Translations under genes and position numbers: made by a program
The notes under the pieces: generated by a model
The model's input: only the letters and a program-made list of their open reading frames with translations
Databases searched by the model: none
What the model was told of the DNA's origin: nothing
Part shown: positions 1 through 57,095 of the stretch, in pieces
Numbering within the stretch: the stretch's first letter is position 1
How the letters are laid out: every line of letters begins with the position of its first letter
From: Camelus dromedarius
Lineage: Eukaryota
Assembly: GCF_036321535.1 (NCBI RefSeq)
Contig: NC_087437.1
Coordinates: 21,764,001 to 21,828,000 of the forward strand
Direction of reading: 5' to 3'
DNA length: 64,000 nucleotides

Positions 1-1049
1 GAGAGGTGAATACAGGATGAAACAGGAAAAGAGGAAGGCTGTGCTGGGAGCTCGGAGGAGAGTTTCTGAGGGAGGGAAGGAGGAGACAGGACACCAGCAG
101 AACTGCCGTTCACCAGAGATACTGAAATGCTCTGAAACCTCAGATCCCTGTCACTTCTCCAGAGAAACACTATCAAGGCTTTTACCATAAAAGTCAAGTA
201 GGAAAGAAATACCCCTTTCCTGCTGTTCTTTAAAGCAACTTCATTTTGACTGTGATGGCCCATCCTGCCTGAGTACTGTCTAGTGTTAGGCACCTAGAAT
301 CTGCCTCTCAGCCTCTGTTGTCCTGAGGTCTGAAGCAGGGCCAAGGCTTAGAGGAAGCTGTTTGGTCCTGGGTCCCCTGTCCTCAGAGGCTGCCTGGGAC
401 AAACCCACAGGTGCGGCCCGTGGCTCCCTCCAGTGGAGGTTCGGCTGCATGTTGTCTGTCCCTCCTCTCTGCCTCCCCTGGGGCAGCTGTCTTCTTTGCT
501 GACATTCACAGGTTCCCCTTCCTTTCCATCAGGATACTCTTCCCTTCTCTCTGTCTTCCTCAGCTGGTGGCTTCTCAGAGACGCCCTCCTCCTGCCGCCC
601 CCCTCCCAGGACACCCAGCCCAGGTGAGCCCTGAGAAGGTTGTGCTTCTGCCCAGAGACTCAGGGGACCACAGATTCCAAGCTGGTTTCACCTTCTGTGC
701 TGTCAGAATCCCTAAGACAAAAGTTAGTTACTACTTTAATTGAGGGGGGAAGAATAAAACAATTTTATATTTCAATAAATTATTCTGCCACAATAATACT
801 ATTTTGACTGTTCATAATTGAAGTATTAAAAAAAAATTTCCCCAAGCCTCTAGAGGGACTTTTCTTCTGTTCAAACCTTATTCTTTTGTTATCTTTATTA
901 TTTTATTTATTATTTTTACTATCTGAGTTTAAAAATTAAAATTTTTTATATTATGAATTATTTAAAACAACACAACTGATAGCCATCATCTTATTGCTTA
1001 GTTTGAGCAGATGCTAAATATTTACCGTAATTGCTCCAAATCTATCTTT

Positions 1050-1182
1050 ATTTAATTATTTTATTTTGGCAGAGGGGGAGGTAAATTAGGTTTACTTATT
1101 TTTGGAGTAGGTACTGGTTATCAAACACAGGACCTTGTGCATGCTAAGCATGCGCTCTACCACTTGAACTATACCCTCCCCC
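1050..1182 (-). mobile_element. tRNA-Ala-derived SINE (camelid vic-1-like)
   Basis: Reverse complement reads GGGGGAGGGTATAGTTCAAGTGGTAGAGCGCATGCTTAGCATGCAC...; perfect 18-bp TSD tgctccaaatctatcttt at 1032-1049 and 1183-1200. Confidence 0.9.
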
Positions 1183-1800
1183 TGCTCCAAATCTATCTTT
1201 GAAAAAAAAGGAACAGATCCAGTTCTAGCACCAAGCTGTGCCCCTTACCTCCCTCTCCGTAGATAACCGCTGTCGGAATTTGTTGTGTCATTTCCACGTG
1301 TTTTAAAGTTTTACTTCATATGTACAACAACATAAACAACAGAATATTTTGTGTTTTTATAATTTACAATAATTGGTATACTGTATGTTTCTTTTTGCAG
1401 TTTGCTTTTTCCATGTAACTATATTTTGGAGAAAACAGATAGATGTAGTTTTTTTAATCAACTGATGTATAAATATTCTGTTGTTTAAACAATGTATTTG
1501 TCCATTAGTCTACTAAAGAAAACAGGCACTTACCCTTAACATATAAATATGGTTGGAATAATGGAATGATTAACACTTTGAGAGTTTATTAGTCACTCAC
1601 ACTTAGGTGTGAATTAGTCATTGATCCTTTCTTTAAAACTACCTATGATGCTTGCTGTGAGAGAATAGGGATGTTAATTGAACTGTGAGTAGAATTTAAG
1701 AGCTTGGGCACTAGAAACAGATTTAATTTTGAATCTTTTATTTTGTCTGCTTTCCTTGGGCAGGTTACCTAATTTCTGTGGGCCTCTAATTTATATTTTA

Positions 1801-2065
1801 TTTTATTTTATTTTTTAAACATTTTTCTTTGTTGAGTTATAGTCATTCTACAATGTTGTGTCAAATTCCAGTGTAGAGCACAATCTTTCAGCTATACATG
1901 AACATACAGACATTCATTGTCACGTTGTTTTCACTGTGAGCTACCACAAGATCCTGCATATACTTCCCTGTGCTATACAGTATAATCTTGTTTATCTAGT
2001 CTACATATGCCTGTCAGTATCTACAAATTTTGAACTCCCAGTCTATCCCTTCCCGCCCCCTCCCC
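1801..2065 (-). mobile_element. 5'-truncated young L1 3' end inserted into a MIR
   Basis: T-rich tail followed by L1 3'UTR-like sequence; TSD ctaattta(t/c)atttta at 1786-1800 and 2066-2080; MIR-like sequence on both flanks. Confidence 0.8.
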
Positions 2066-3284
2066 CTAATTTACATTTTAAAGGAGGATGCTTGTTCCAT
2101 TAGTAGAACAGATAAATGGTGAGCTCCTGTGTGTGAGGAGGATAGCATAGTTCCAGGCCCGCTGAAAGTCCTCTGTAAATATTTGCCATTATTGTTTACA
2201 ATGGCAGAGAAGGGGGAGTAAGGGAGGAAGGGAATTGTGAAGGATGGGCTGGGGTAAGGGTCCCTGGAGAACTCAGAATCTCCAGTGACCCTGGCTAGGA
2301 CCACAGAGGGAGGGAGGAAAGAATAGCCAGGAAGCCAAGAGGTAACAGTGAAGAGAGCTTTGGTCCCTTGCAGTTGGGGCTTTTGAGACTGGTAGAAAGG
2401 CGTCAAAGTCTTGTTGGTCTCAGGGCTGTTCCTAATGCCTTTTTTAACTCTGAAACTGTCCTAAGGGTTTTGGATTCTGCCAGTCATAAAGGGCTACTTA
2501 GACTAATTTTGGTATAGCTTTTAAAGGTTCAAGGAAGTTAGAAATTTAAGGGAGGATAAAAGATCAGATCCAATTTCATCTAAATTAAGAAGTTCATTTT
2601 TAGAATATACTTCCTTAACTTTCTGAATTTATATTGGGTTGGGTCCAGGTACACTTGAGGATTGGGAGAGGGAAAAAAGGCTTTAATTGGCAAAAACAGG
2701 TTTTACTTAGAATTATATGGGCTAAAAAAAAAAAAAAAAAGCCAAGAGGGAAAGCAGGGTTGGCATTACTGAAGATGTATAGGACACGTGTCAAAATCTA
2801 TGAGAAGGTAAATTGGTCTAGAGAATTCAGCATAACCTGCCCTGTTGGTGGGTCTCTGGTCAGTGATCCTGGCCACCTCTGGGCTGCATCTTTCAGACTT
2901 GACTTTGGAAAACTGTGCTTTCTGAGCCATCTCAGGCGTCCAGGTATGTATGCTTCAATGCCAGGTGTTTGTGTACCAGTTAGTGATGTGTTCTCATTTC
3001 AAAAACTGCATAGTAACTTCTAGTAACTGTGTTGTAGAGTGTTTCAGAACTGACAGGTTATGTGCCTGATAAATATGAGTTGATCTAGCTAGAATTTTTC
3101 CCTCAAAACCTTCCAAAGAATTTTACAGAGGCCAATTTCTTTAAAATGCAAATTCTTATTTCATAGGTATATAATGTATGTTATATATATTATGTAAAGC
3201 ATTGTATGATTATTATACAAGTACATATTTGTATGTTTTTAAGGTTTGCTATCAGATTGTACTTGGGAGACTACAGAGCATACT

Positions 3285-3482
3285 GACCTAGAGGCAGGAA
3301 TGAGACAGTCAGGTTCTGCCACAGCTCAGCCATGAGCCTGTGAGAGTTATTCACTGTGACCTTAAAAAAGTTACTCAATCCTTTGAAGCATCCTCTTCTC
3401 AATTACAAAATGAGGACAGTACCTACCTCATGGAGTGGTGGGGAGTAAGTGAGAATGGACACAAAGCACTTAGGACAGTGCA
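3285..3482 (+). mobile_element. MIR SINE
   Basis: MIR core-like tgtgacctt..gttactcaat..ctcaattacaaaatgagga..acctacctcat..aaagcacttag. Confidence 0.65.
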
Positions 3483-5161
3483 TTAATCATCTCAGTGTGG
3501 GACTAGTAAGAAAAATAAATATTATGTTACTAGTTATCGGGTCACTGGCCTTTTCTGCTAAAATGTTAATATACTATTTTGAAATTTTAATTTTCTTCCA
3601 TAAAGTTTTAAAAAGTAATTGCTTTTTTTTTGTAGCAGAAACTTTTTGTTTCACTGAAAAACGTGATAGTAGGTAGTTTATTTGGAGGATCAAACCAGAA
3701 CAATCTTTTATACATCAAATCAAACAACTATTTTCTCAGCCAATAGTATATGTTGCTCCCAATAAGTTCATTGTGCTACATAAAAATGCTTGTTAAGGCA
3801 TACCATGTACTGTACTTAGTTTTTGAAGAATCCTAACATTATTATAAATTTGCAAAAACTTAGAAAAATATCGATACTATATTTTTATGCATGAGCCTAC
3901 ACTTAGAAAAGAGGCAATATGTTTTTCATTAACCACTCTACTGCTAAGTCTTCATGCCTTTGTGGAAAGCTATAAATTATTTTACTATTTTAATCAGAGT
4001 ATATTGCTCTGTAAGGAAATATAGGTGATCTTACTTAAAATTGTGACATTTAGGTACTGTATATGTTATTCTTACCAGAGTCTATCAGTGTATAATGTAT
4101 ACCTTCAGACCACTAGTATTTATTTTGGTTTCCAATGTTTTACCACAACTACCTCTGTTATTTTTCAGTTATTTTTGGTTTTGATAGGCTTATAGTCTAA
4201 AAAAAAATAAAAAAGTATATAATGAAAAATAAGCCTCTTTCCCACTCTGCCTCCAATCCCCCATTTTCCCTAGAGAGGCAATTGCTGTTACCTTTCCTGT
4301 GTCCTTCTGGAAATGCTCTTATAAACGTACAACTGATATAGCTCCTCTTCCTCCAACCATACTAATTTTTCTGCACCTTGCTTTGCTCTTTTAAGAATAC
4401 ACCTTAAAGATTGTTCTGTATTTTCCTGTTTGTTTCACTTGAATATCAAAGGACTTGAAACAACTTCTTTATACTTATAATATCATTTGGGTAAATTGCT
4501 TTTTCAGTAAGTTTGTGTGCTGGTTTTGCCTAGTTGTGGGGGAATAAAAATATTTTATGTAATTAACAAATGATATAAATTTGAAGGCTTAAGTAAAGAA
4601 TAGAACCCTGGATATATTTATCATCTCAAATGCAAGGTCAACACAAGAACTGTGAATTTGCAGCCTTTCTGTGGAATGCAGATGCTAAAATTGGACCACT
4701 ATTTTTAAAACTTGAGGCAAGGAATAGAAACCATTTTGAATATTGAATAGGATGTCCAAAACCACAGAATCAAAACCAGCATGATAGAGTTAGCACTTTG
4801 CAGACTGGGGAATTATCTTTAGAAGTCCTAAAAGGACTTGTTTAATCTCTTTCAACACAAAATATGTATGCCTTTAAATAGTTTTAACTACAGTAAAACA
4901 TTCTAAAAGTGAAAATTCAATAAAGTGTGAATACGTATTTAATGCTAACATGTAAGAAACTGCATCTGGGGATTAAGAAGTTCATTTACCACCTTTTTCC
5001 TACTCCACTGACTTGAACTCTTTAGATATTTTTAAAACAGTGTACAATTAAATAGTGGGCAATGGTGTGTGTGTGTGTATTTAAAACCAAAAGATTTAAT
5101 TACACATTTAATTAGAATCAGGCCCCAAAATAACTGTAAGACGTAGAAAGCTGTCATTTTG

Positions 5162-6187
5162 CAACCTACTAAATGGGAGAAAATATTTGCAAATATGACC
5201 AATAAGTGGTTAATATCCAACATACATAAACAGCTCATACAACTCAACATAAAAAAAAGATACAATTAAATAATAGGTAGAAGAACTGAATAGACATTTT
5301 TCCAAAGGGGAAATGCAGATGACCAACAGGCAAATGAAAAGATGCTCAACATCGCTAATTATCAGGAAAATGTAAATCAAAACCATGTGAGATATCTCCT
5401 CACACCTGTCAGAATGGCCATCATCAAAAAGAACACAAATAACAGATATTGGCGAGGATGTGGAGAAAAGGGAACCCTCATGCACTGTTGGTGGGAATGT
5501 AAATTGGTGCAGCCACTGTAGAAAACAGTATGGAGGTTTCTCAAAAAACTGAAAACAGAACTACCATATGACCCAGCAATTCTACTCCTGGGTATATACC
5601 AAAACAAACAAACAAACAAACAAACCCAAAACACGAATTCAAAAAGATACGTGTACCCGAACATTCATAATAGTGATATTTCCAATAGCCAAGATATGGA
5701 AACAACTTGAGTGTCCATCAACAGATGAATGGATAAGAAGATAGGGTGTATTTTTACAATGAAATACTGCTTAACCATAAAAAAAATGAATTTTGAGATT
5801 TGCAGCAACATGGATGGACTTGGAGGGCATTATGCTAAGTGAAATAAATCAGGCAGAGAAAGACACTATGATAAAGTTACATGTGGAACCTAAAAAAAAT
5901 ACAAACTAGTGAATGTAACAAAAAAGAAGCAGACTCAGATATAGAGAAGAAACTAGTGGTTACCAGTGGGGAAAGGGAAGGGGAGGGACAATATGGGGGT
6001 AGGGGATTGTGAGGTACAAATTATTAGGTATAAAATAAGCTACAAGGATATATTGTACAATACAAGAAACACAGCCAATATTTTATAATTATAAATGGAA
6101 TATAACCTTTAAAAATTGTGAATCACTATATTGTACACCCGCAACTTATATAATATTGTACAGCAACTATACTTCAATTAAAAAAAT
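5162..6187 (+). mobile_element. 5'-truncated L1 (ORF2 C-terminus and 3' UTR)
   Basis: Typical ORF2-end sequence (tgggagaaaatatttgcaaat; gttggtgggaatgtaaattggtgcagccact), G-rich 3' UTR tract and A tail; TSD ctgtcattttg at 5151-5161 and 6188-6198. Confidence 0.9.
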
Positions 6188-7585
6188 CTGTCATTTTGAA
6201 AGAACAAAAATCTTAAACAAGTTGATATACAGATCACAAATGAACTGTACTCTTAGAGGGCTTCATGTGATTTGATTTTTAAATGATCAGTGAAAATTTT
6301 TAATGAATTATTTCAAAAATTATGTGCTTCCCTGAAAAACTAGAAATGTTCAGGGATGACGTTGAACCTCTTATATAAATACAAGTGTGTAAAAAGAGAG
6401 AATTTCCTATTTAGCTTCAGTTCTTGTTATCTTATAAAACACTCATTTTCACTTACTTTCTGAAATATGTATTAACTCTAATGTAATTAGGTGTGTATCA
6501 TCTTTAGCTTTACGTTGAATAGCTGAAGCACAAAGTCATTTTAAAAGTAAGAATTGCCCTGTTGCATATCAGAAGCCCTAGAAGTGTAAATAATTCCACC
6601 TAGAAATATTTATCTACAGAAATAAACATGGATAAGCATAGTTTTATCTATGCAGATGTTCACTGTAGCACTCGTTTATAATGCAAAACTGGAAGCAATG
6701 CAAGTACCCATGAAACAAAGAGTTTACCAGATAAATTATGACATAGGACTACGTGGCCAGTAAATATTATGCTAATATATACAATGTATTAGTACAAAAA
6801 ATTACAACATACTCATATTTTCACACCCTCCCCCCCTCAAAAAAAAGGTACAGGTGCATTTGAAAAGCAGATCAGAAAGATGTAGACAACAAAACAATAC
6901 TAGTTACGTTTCTGGGTAGTAGGATTGTGGATAATTAAAATTTCTGATTTGGGCATTACCAGTAAGTTACCACTTATTTTCTACAGTGAATACCACATGC
7001 TTGCTTTTCTTACAACCCAGCTTTACATCATTTTTTTTTTTTTCTCTTTCGTTTGTCTCACGTGCTCATTGTAAGAAGGGCTCCACAGATCTTGGAGAGT
7101 CCTTGCACCGGGAGAGAGAAAGGAGGTAGCAGTGGTCAAATATTGTGAACGTTCAAGCCACGAGCTCCATCAGGCTCTAACTTACTTTATTCTTTTTATG
7201 GACATTATTCATATCCTAAAATTTTACTTTCTGACCACATCCTTCATAGACTGTTCTCAACTTTGAAATGCTTATTTTTCTGAAATAGTGGGGTCAAGTG
7301 TATATGAAAATTATACAAACCATTGAGAAATGCCCATGTCCTAGATAAGCACAGGGTGTATAAAAAACCAGTATTTCTTCCCCTTCCTGAGTCTCAGTTA
7401 TGCCCTAGGCTGCGAAAGAGTGTTACCAGGGGCTCTGTTCCTATTTTTTCCTTGTCAGCCGGGCCACTCAGGTGACTTCTAGATATTTTACTGCCTGGTT
7501 AAAGGTTTCCCAGGGGCTAATGTTCTTTTTCTAACATTGGTTTTTCTAGGTATAAAGACCTGAAGGTAGTCTTTGCTATTCAGAG

Positions 7586-49618
<42,033 letters not shown>

Positions 49619-50404
49619 TGAAACATTTAATATGATTTTCTGCCACATTAAAAACATTGAATGCCTCACAGTTTACAAAATTCTGAAAGATAGTGGGTAT
49701 AAAACCAGAGATTATTTGTATGCTCAAAATAGTATAAATCATTAATGAATCCAGTATCCTGTTCATACTAGTTAGGATTTGTTGGCCTTTTTGGATAACA
49801 CAGTTAATTTACCAGTGAATACTGATAACAGAGTATGTTCATTATCAAGCTGATATTTCATGATTAAATTATTCTCATTTCCTGAAAGTCTCATTAAAGC
49901 AAGACTAATTCATCTTTTTCATGGTTTAGAAATGATGAATACAAAAAATTTTTTTGCAGGTCCTGCTGTGAAATGTGTTCTGATTTGGTGTGTGTTGATT
50001 TTGATCATAAATATATTCAAAGTCATAATCCAGTTTGATCCTTTTATTTTTTTCCTCCAGCTACGTGAAGTTGTCTAAAACTTTAACTTTTCTGTAAATT
50101 TCTATATTGTCTAAAATTTCTAAGTGACAAGTATTGTTCATTAACATTATACTTTTTTATATATGAGGACTAACTTGAATAAACTCCAAAGTTCATTCTC
50201 TTCTATAAGTAGCAGGAGCTTTTTACTTAAAACTTAATTTTAACTGCATTGATACTTTACATATACTAGTTTGGTAATACAGCTTTAACTAAGACATGCA
50301 GCATATATATGTTGGTAAGATGCTATTAGAGAAATATGTGTGTGTACGTATATATATATTTTTTTGCACCTGAATTACCCAGGTTTTCTTAAATGGTATG
50401 TATA

Positions 50405-50763
50405 CAGTCAGCCCTCCATATCCGATGGATGTATATCTGATGATTCCACATCTGTAGATTCAACTAACCGCAGATCAAAGATATTTGAAAAAAATAATTC
50501 CAGAAAGTTCCCAGAAGCAAAACTTCAATTTGCCAAGCGCCAGCAACTATTTACGTAGCATTTACATTATATTTACAACTATTTATGTCACATTTCCATT
50601 GTATTAAGTATAAGTAATCTGGAGATGATTTAAAGTGCACGGGAGGAGGTGTGTAGGTAATATGCAAAAACAAGACATTTTATATAAAGGATTTGCGTAT
50701 CTGCAGATTTTGCAATCCTTGGGGAGCCCTGGAACCAATCCCCTGGACCCTGAGGGATGACTG
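50405..50763 (-). mobile_element. MER2-type (TcMar-Tigger) non-autonomous DNA transposon in the PLS1 3' UTR region
   Basis: Terminal inverted repeats cagtcagccctc...gagggatgactg, preceded by TA; internal ctggaaccaatcccc and gattcaactaaccgcagatc match the MER2 consensus as recalled. Confidence 0.85.
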
Positions 50764-51402
50764 TCATTGGTCAGTTAGCCAACCATTAAGTAGTTATTAT
50801 GCCCCCACTATGTCTGTAACACTTCAGATTGTAGCTATCTGTACATGAAGAGTTCTTTTAGAAATAATCATTTTGGATCTGCAGATAGGTACTTTTCAAC
50901 TGACTTCTTCCAGATATTTATAGCCAAACATTGGCAACAGCTCTCAAGACATGCTGACACCATACTGTTAGCTTCATTGTACTGTTAGCTTCATATTACA
51001 CATGCTGATTTTTGATACCCTAGCCCTAAATAATTTAGAATATGCTCACTGAAATCTTCAGCAGGAAGTAACACAAAGCTAATATTCAACAGAGAGAATT
51101 GTCACATGTTTTTTCCACAGCCTCCTTCAGATTGGCAATGCTTGTGTTACTTGGGAGTAGCTAAGCTTCAGACCTATTTTTGTCTGAATTTTTACCAGTA
51201 GGCTGATTCTGCTAACAATTGAATTCAGAAGGCTATTTCCTTCATCTTCCACTGTTAGTGTCAGTGAGCAACACTGCTGTGCAACAAAAAATGCTGTCAC
51301 CGTCTCACTGTGAATGAGTAGTCGAAATCACCCATCTACCATTGATTAAAACGTGTTTTGGTGAAGTGAGACTACTCATGTGTTTAGAATAGAATTTTTT
51401 TA

Positions 51403-51408
51403 AATAAA
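51403..51408 (+). terminator. PLS1: Candidate distal PLS1 polyadenylation signal AATAAA (alternatives at 50178, 51642, 51772)
   Basis: AATAAA about 1.8 kb after the stop with T-rich sequence downstream; the true cleavage site cannot be determined from sequence. Confidence 0.5.
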
Positions 51409-51899
51409 ATCATCAACAGATGGAACTTTGAAATATATTCTTCTACAAAAGAAATTTCCTTTCCTTTTATATTTTGATGATTGTTTTCTTATATGAAGAT
51501 TAAGATATGTTCTTGCTCTTTTTTGTGAGATTATTTATTCATGTTTCCCCTTTTGATTTTTTCACCATAACATTCACTAAATTATCTGATTTACATGAAA
51601 TCTGGCACTTTAGAGTGTTCTTTTTCTCACAAAATATATTTAATAAAAATCCCATGTATACACAAATGTGTCAGTATTTATTTCATTTAAAGAAAAATAT
51701 GTAACCTTGAAAATTAACCTATCAGAAACTTATTTTCCAGAAAAGAGAAAAATTCCTAAATTAATGAGTAAAATAAAAATTTGTATCAGGTTTTTTCGTG
51801 AGGTAGTGAAGGTGGTTTTGTGGTTCTTTAATATAAAGAATTTTAGGAAAGACCAACTGCATGATTACTATAAATTTAATCTATGATGAAATAATTTGA

Positions 51900-52400
51900 G
51901 TAAATCAATTAATTCATCAATAAATTTGTTATGATCCAGGTATGATGCTAGACACAAGGGATTCAGCTGAGAAAAATGTAGACAGAGTTCCCTGACCACA
52001 TGAATCTTTAATCCTAGTAGAGAAAGACAGTAAACAAATAGAAATTTTAGATGGTGATAAATGCAATAGGAAAAATAAAACAAGGTAATGTGATGGAGAC
52101 TGACTTTGGAATTGGGGTGAAGATGATTTTAGTTTGGGAAGGGAAGGTCTCCCTAAGGGTATGATATTCGGACTGAGATATGAATGAGGTCAAGGAACCA
52201 GGCGATAACTTGTTCCGTAGAAGGAACGAGTGCAAAAGCTCTGAGGCAGGAAGTGTCTTGCAGACATTTTAGGAAAAGAAATAGGCAAATGTGGCCTAAG
52301 AGTAGTGAGGGAGAGAGTCTGGAGATGAAGATAGGATCTATTATTTTTAGGACTAGATCTGAATCTGGATTTTCACTTATCCAACTGGAGTTGTGATGGC
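51900..52400 (-). mobile_element. L2 3' fragment between PLS1 and TRPC1
   Basis: attaattcatcaataaatttgtt..ccaggtatgatgctagac..gtgcaaaagctctgaggcagga. Confidence 0.65.
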
Positions 52401-53879
52401 TCTTCTATTTAGTTAATATCTGAGGTTTGGTGACCTGCTTTGAGTAATGTGCTGCTTCTGAATCTTGCATGCCATTGTTCATGATAACTCATTAGTCTCC
52501 ATTTCACAGAGGGAAAATGAACAAATCATATAGGGGATGTTAAAATACCCCAATTTATGCTGGATAAAAATGTGCCAGAGAGGCAAGAGAGAATATTCTG
52601 CATCTGAGATGATTCAAAAAAGACTGAAGAACAGGATACAGCAGTATCACTAACTTCTTTTGCAAGAGGAAGAGCCCTCTAATACTTTGGAATGCCTCCT
52701 AGGATTATCTACTGAAGTAGATTGGAATTCCCCTGAATCTAAGAAATCAATCCTGCACCTGTGGGAGTCCTATGGATAAGGAACCACCTAAATCCCGAAG
52801 CTTTAAAAAAACTTCAGATGAAAGTGGTTTCTATAATTCTGAGCCATCTGAACTTTTACCCTTAAACACTCTGGACCTCTTGGGTGGGTCAGGGTTAGAG
52901 TTGTTCTGCTACTGAATAAAAATTTTACTGCACTACAAAGTGTATACAAGCACACACACAGAAACAAACCCAAATATGTACCACTGTGTTCACTGGCCAC
53001 AGATTTACAATGAGCAATTTTGACATTCCACCAAATACACAAACTTAGAACTATATTAGAGAATGGGGCAGGTTTATGATCTACTAGGAAGAAAGAAAAA
53101 GCTAACATTTAATAGGTAACTATTTTGAAATAAACACATGAAAATGTTTGGAAAGGTGGGCAATCCTGTCTACTTAAAGACTCTTAGAGAAGATCCAAAG
53201 TGGACTATGATGATGAGGATATATTTAGGAACTTTGGGAGTTAATGTTGGCAGGGATGGAACAAATCAACCCGAACAGAATAGGACGTATTTCTCTCAAA
53301 TATACGATACTCTTAAGTAAATATATGCATCGTCTTAAAAACCTAAAGCACTAAGGGCACAATTTAGATTTTTGTAGTTGGCTGTGGAAAGCAATAAAAT
53401 TCGAGATCCAATTGCCAGTCCTCCTCCCCCAGCTTTTATAGGTGCAAGAATCTGCTTTAAATAAAAGCCTGATTAAAAAAAATTCAAGGAAGTAACATTT
53501 ATTGCATTTCAGTTAGCTTTTGCTTAAATAACACTTATCTTAAAATCTGACTTGTGTTCAGATGAACAAGAAACCACTGGAAGGACTGTGATGTAGAGTA
53601 GATCCGAATGATGTGCTCATCCAATGGATGACCTCAGAAATGTTACGCAAATTTTATATTACAAACGAGTTTTCGAAAAACACAGTTTAGAAACGAGGGT
53701 AGCTAACCCAACAGAAGTACACACAAACAACACAGGTGTGGCGGACTGGCGAGGGCCCTGTCCTTTCTGCTCTAGGGAGAGGACAAAGGAGTACGCAATA
53801 ATTTGACAATTCCACAGGGGGTTTCGACTACACCTTAAGTCGTCAGAGGCTCGGTGAAACACATCGCATGATGTTTAGT

Positions 53880-55090
<1,211 letters not shown>

Positions 55091-56859
55091 TGACCACCTG
55101 AATGACCTGGTATCCCCCACTCGGAGCTTCAGTTCTTTCTTTCTGCAAGCCCAGAGGGTTTGTCTAGTTTCGGACCTTACAGTCCAAAAATCCCTAGACT
55201 TTGCTTAAGATACCTCCTGTTTATGGGCTCTCAGCTGGTTTTTGTTATCCGTTTTAAAACCTTAGTTGTAGTATTTAGCACCAGCCACCCAGTACCTTGG
55301 TGTTCAGTGACCTTTGTGTGGGATTAGGTATATCAGTTTCCTAGGTGGACAAATAAGACAGGACTTTATGGAGAAATTCTGCCGTAGTCCCAAAGTTTCT
55401 CCAAATTTACGGAACAACTTTGTTCGTGCTTTTTATTGGAGAGGAAAGTTTGTTGCTCCTCATCCTTCTTTGGGAAATAAAGGTAGTGCAAAATAATTAC
55501 AGGGCAGAAATGTGGAATATATTTAATGTGTTTTCGTTTTTTTTTAAAAAAAATCTAGAAATCGATCACTTTTATAAAGGCCATAATAAAGTCTCTTCAT
55601 TTATGCATGCCTTCTATTGACGAATGTGATTTTAAAAAGTGGGAAATTGATTGCCCTGAGACTGCTTTTATTTCCTACATGTAAAAAAGTGCCGTAAATT
55701 TTCTCTTTGTAAATTTATTCATCTTGCCTTACAGTGGCCACGCTCACTTAGGAAGAATGTTTAGGGTCATGCAAACTTCAAAAATACTAACCCAATGGGT
55801 AACTTACACTGTGAAAAGATTAACTACAGAGGATTTTTTGTTTGTTTGCATTTATGAGGACAGCCTCCCTAACCTCTCTGCTTTTGAAATAAGATTTTAT
55901 TTACACAACTTTTTGAAAACACATTGATACATAAACAAAGTCCATCTGTGTCTATCCTGAGTCACTTTTATGATCTTATGTAATAGTATTAAATCATATT
56001 ATGAAAGCATTTTAGAAAGTCCATAACTTCTATGGACACAACTTCAAATAGTCTTGGAAGTTTAAGCATGGAATGTATGTCTATAACCTCACAAAAATCA
56101 TTACCTGTGGATGATGTAACATTATTTAGTATTACTGGAAGAGATAGTCTGAGTTCTCTTCCTTCAAAAATTCTCTTAAAGGGAAAGGGAAAAGATTGCT
56201 GTACTAGAATTAGTAACTGACAGCTACATCTACCCCCAGCTTACTGAGCTATGGTTATTTTAAAGCAAAGTATGTCAAAAGAGTCCATTTAATATTCCTG
56301 CCAAACTTAGGACAGAGCAATGTTGTAATGGAACATGGTGGAGTAAGAACTTGTATGGTGTGTGTATTTAGGATTATTGCATGACATATCTCAAAAAAGT
56401 TTTAATATGTTTGACAGTTTTGTAGCCCTTCCAGTAGTGCCAGGTGAAATAGCTTGGTATTCTTTGTCAGTTCAGTTTCCCTTTTATAACATCGTTAAGA
56501 TCCTTGGAGAGATTTGGCGTTTGGGGGTGAGGTGAAAAATAAATATGCATGCTTTTTCTCCCCCATTTAAATTAAAATTTTTTCTCATGAGTGAGATTAA
56601 ATAGATATTTTCCTTTTCAGGTGTGCTGAAATGAGTTCTTGGGTTAGATTTGGAAAAATTGCTTATTTCTTACACATACTTATAGCATATATTTACACTG
56701 AGAAAATAACTTTGAGTTATAACAGGGTTTTTTTGTTTGCATGTTTATATTCACTAAAATTTTAAAAACTTTTTTAGTGTTACCCAAACCAAATCTAAAA
56801 GTGAGAAGTTTCCTGAAGTAGCTATAGTTTCCATTATTACTTTGGAGCTTTCATCAAAT

Positions 56860-57095
56860 CAAATGGCAAACATTTACTGAAACAACTTTTGGGGTAGAGT
56901 GCATATGGCATTTCATAGATGACTTCATTTAATCCTCACAACCCCATGAGCCAGATTTGTTGTTATCCCTATTTTACAAATGAGGAAAGTGAGACTTAGC
57001 AAAATTTTAGAATTACTCTGGCCAAAGTTACATTAGTTAGGAAGTAGTAGAACTGGGATCTATTTTCAGCCTGTGCTCTTAACTGATATGTTATA
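56860..57095 (-). mobile_element. MIR SINE
   Basis: ttcatttaatcctcacaaccccatgag..tatccctattttacaaatgaggaaagtgagacttag. Confidence 0.8.

Noticed and set aside
5032..5664. Hydrophobic minus-strand ORFs (also 15592, 35512, 35900, 40967)
   Set aside because: Antisense readings of L1 sequence
5987..6005. G-rich tract near the end of the L1 (extends from about 5967)
   Set aside because: Standard polypurine feature of L1 3' UTRs
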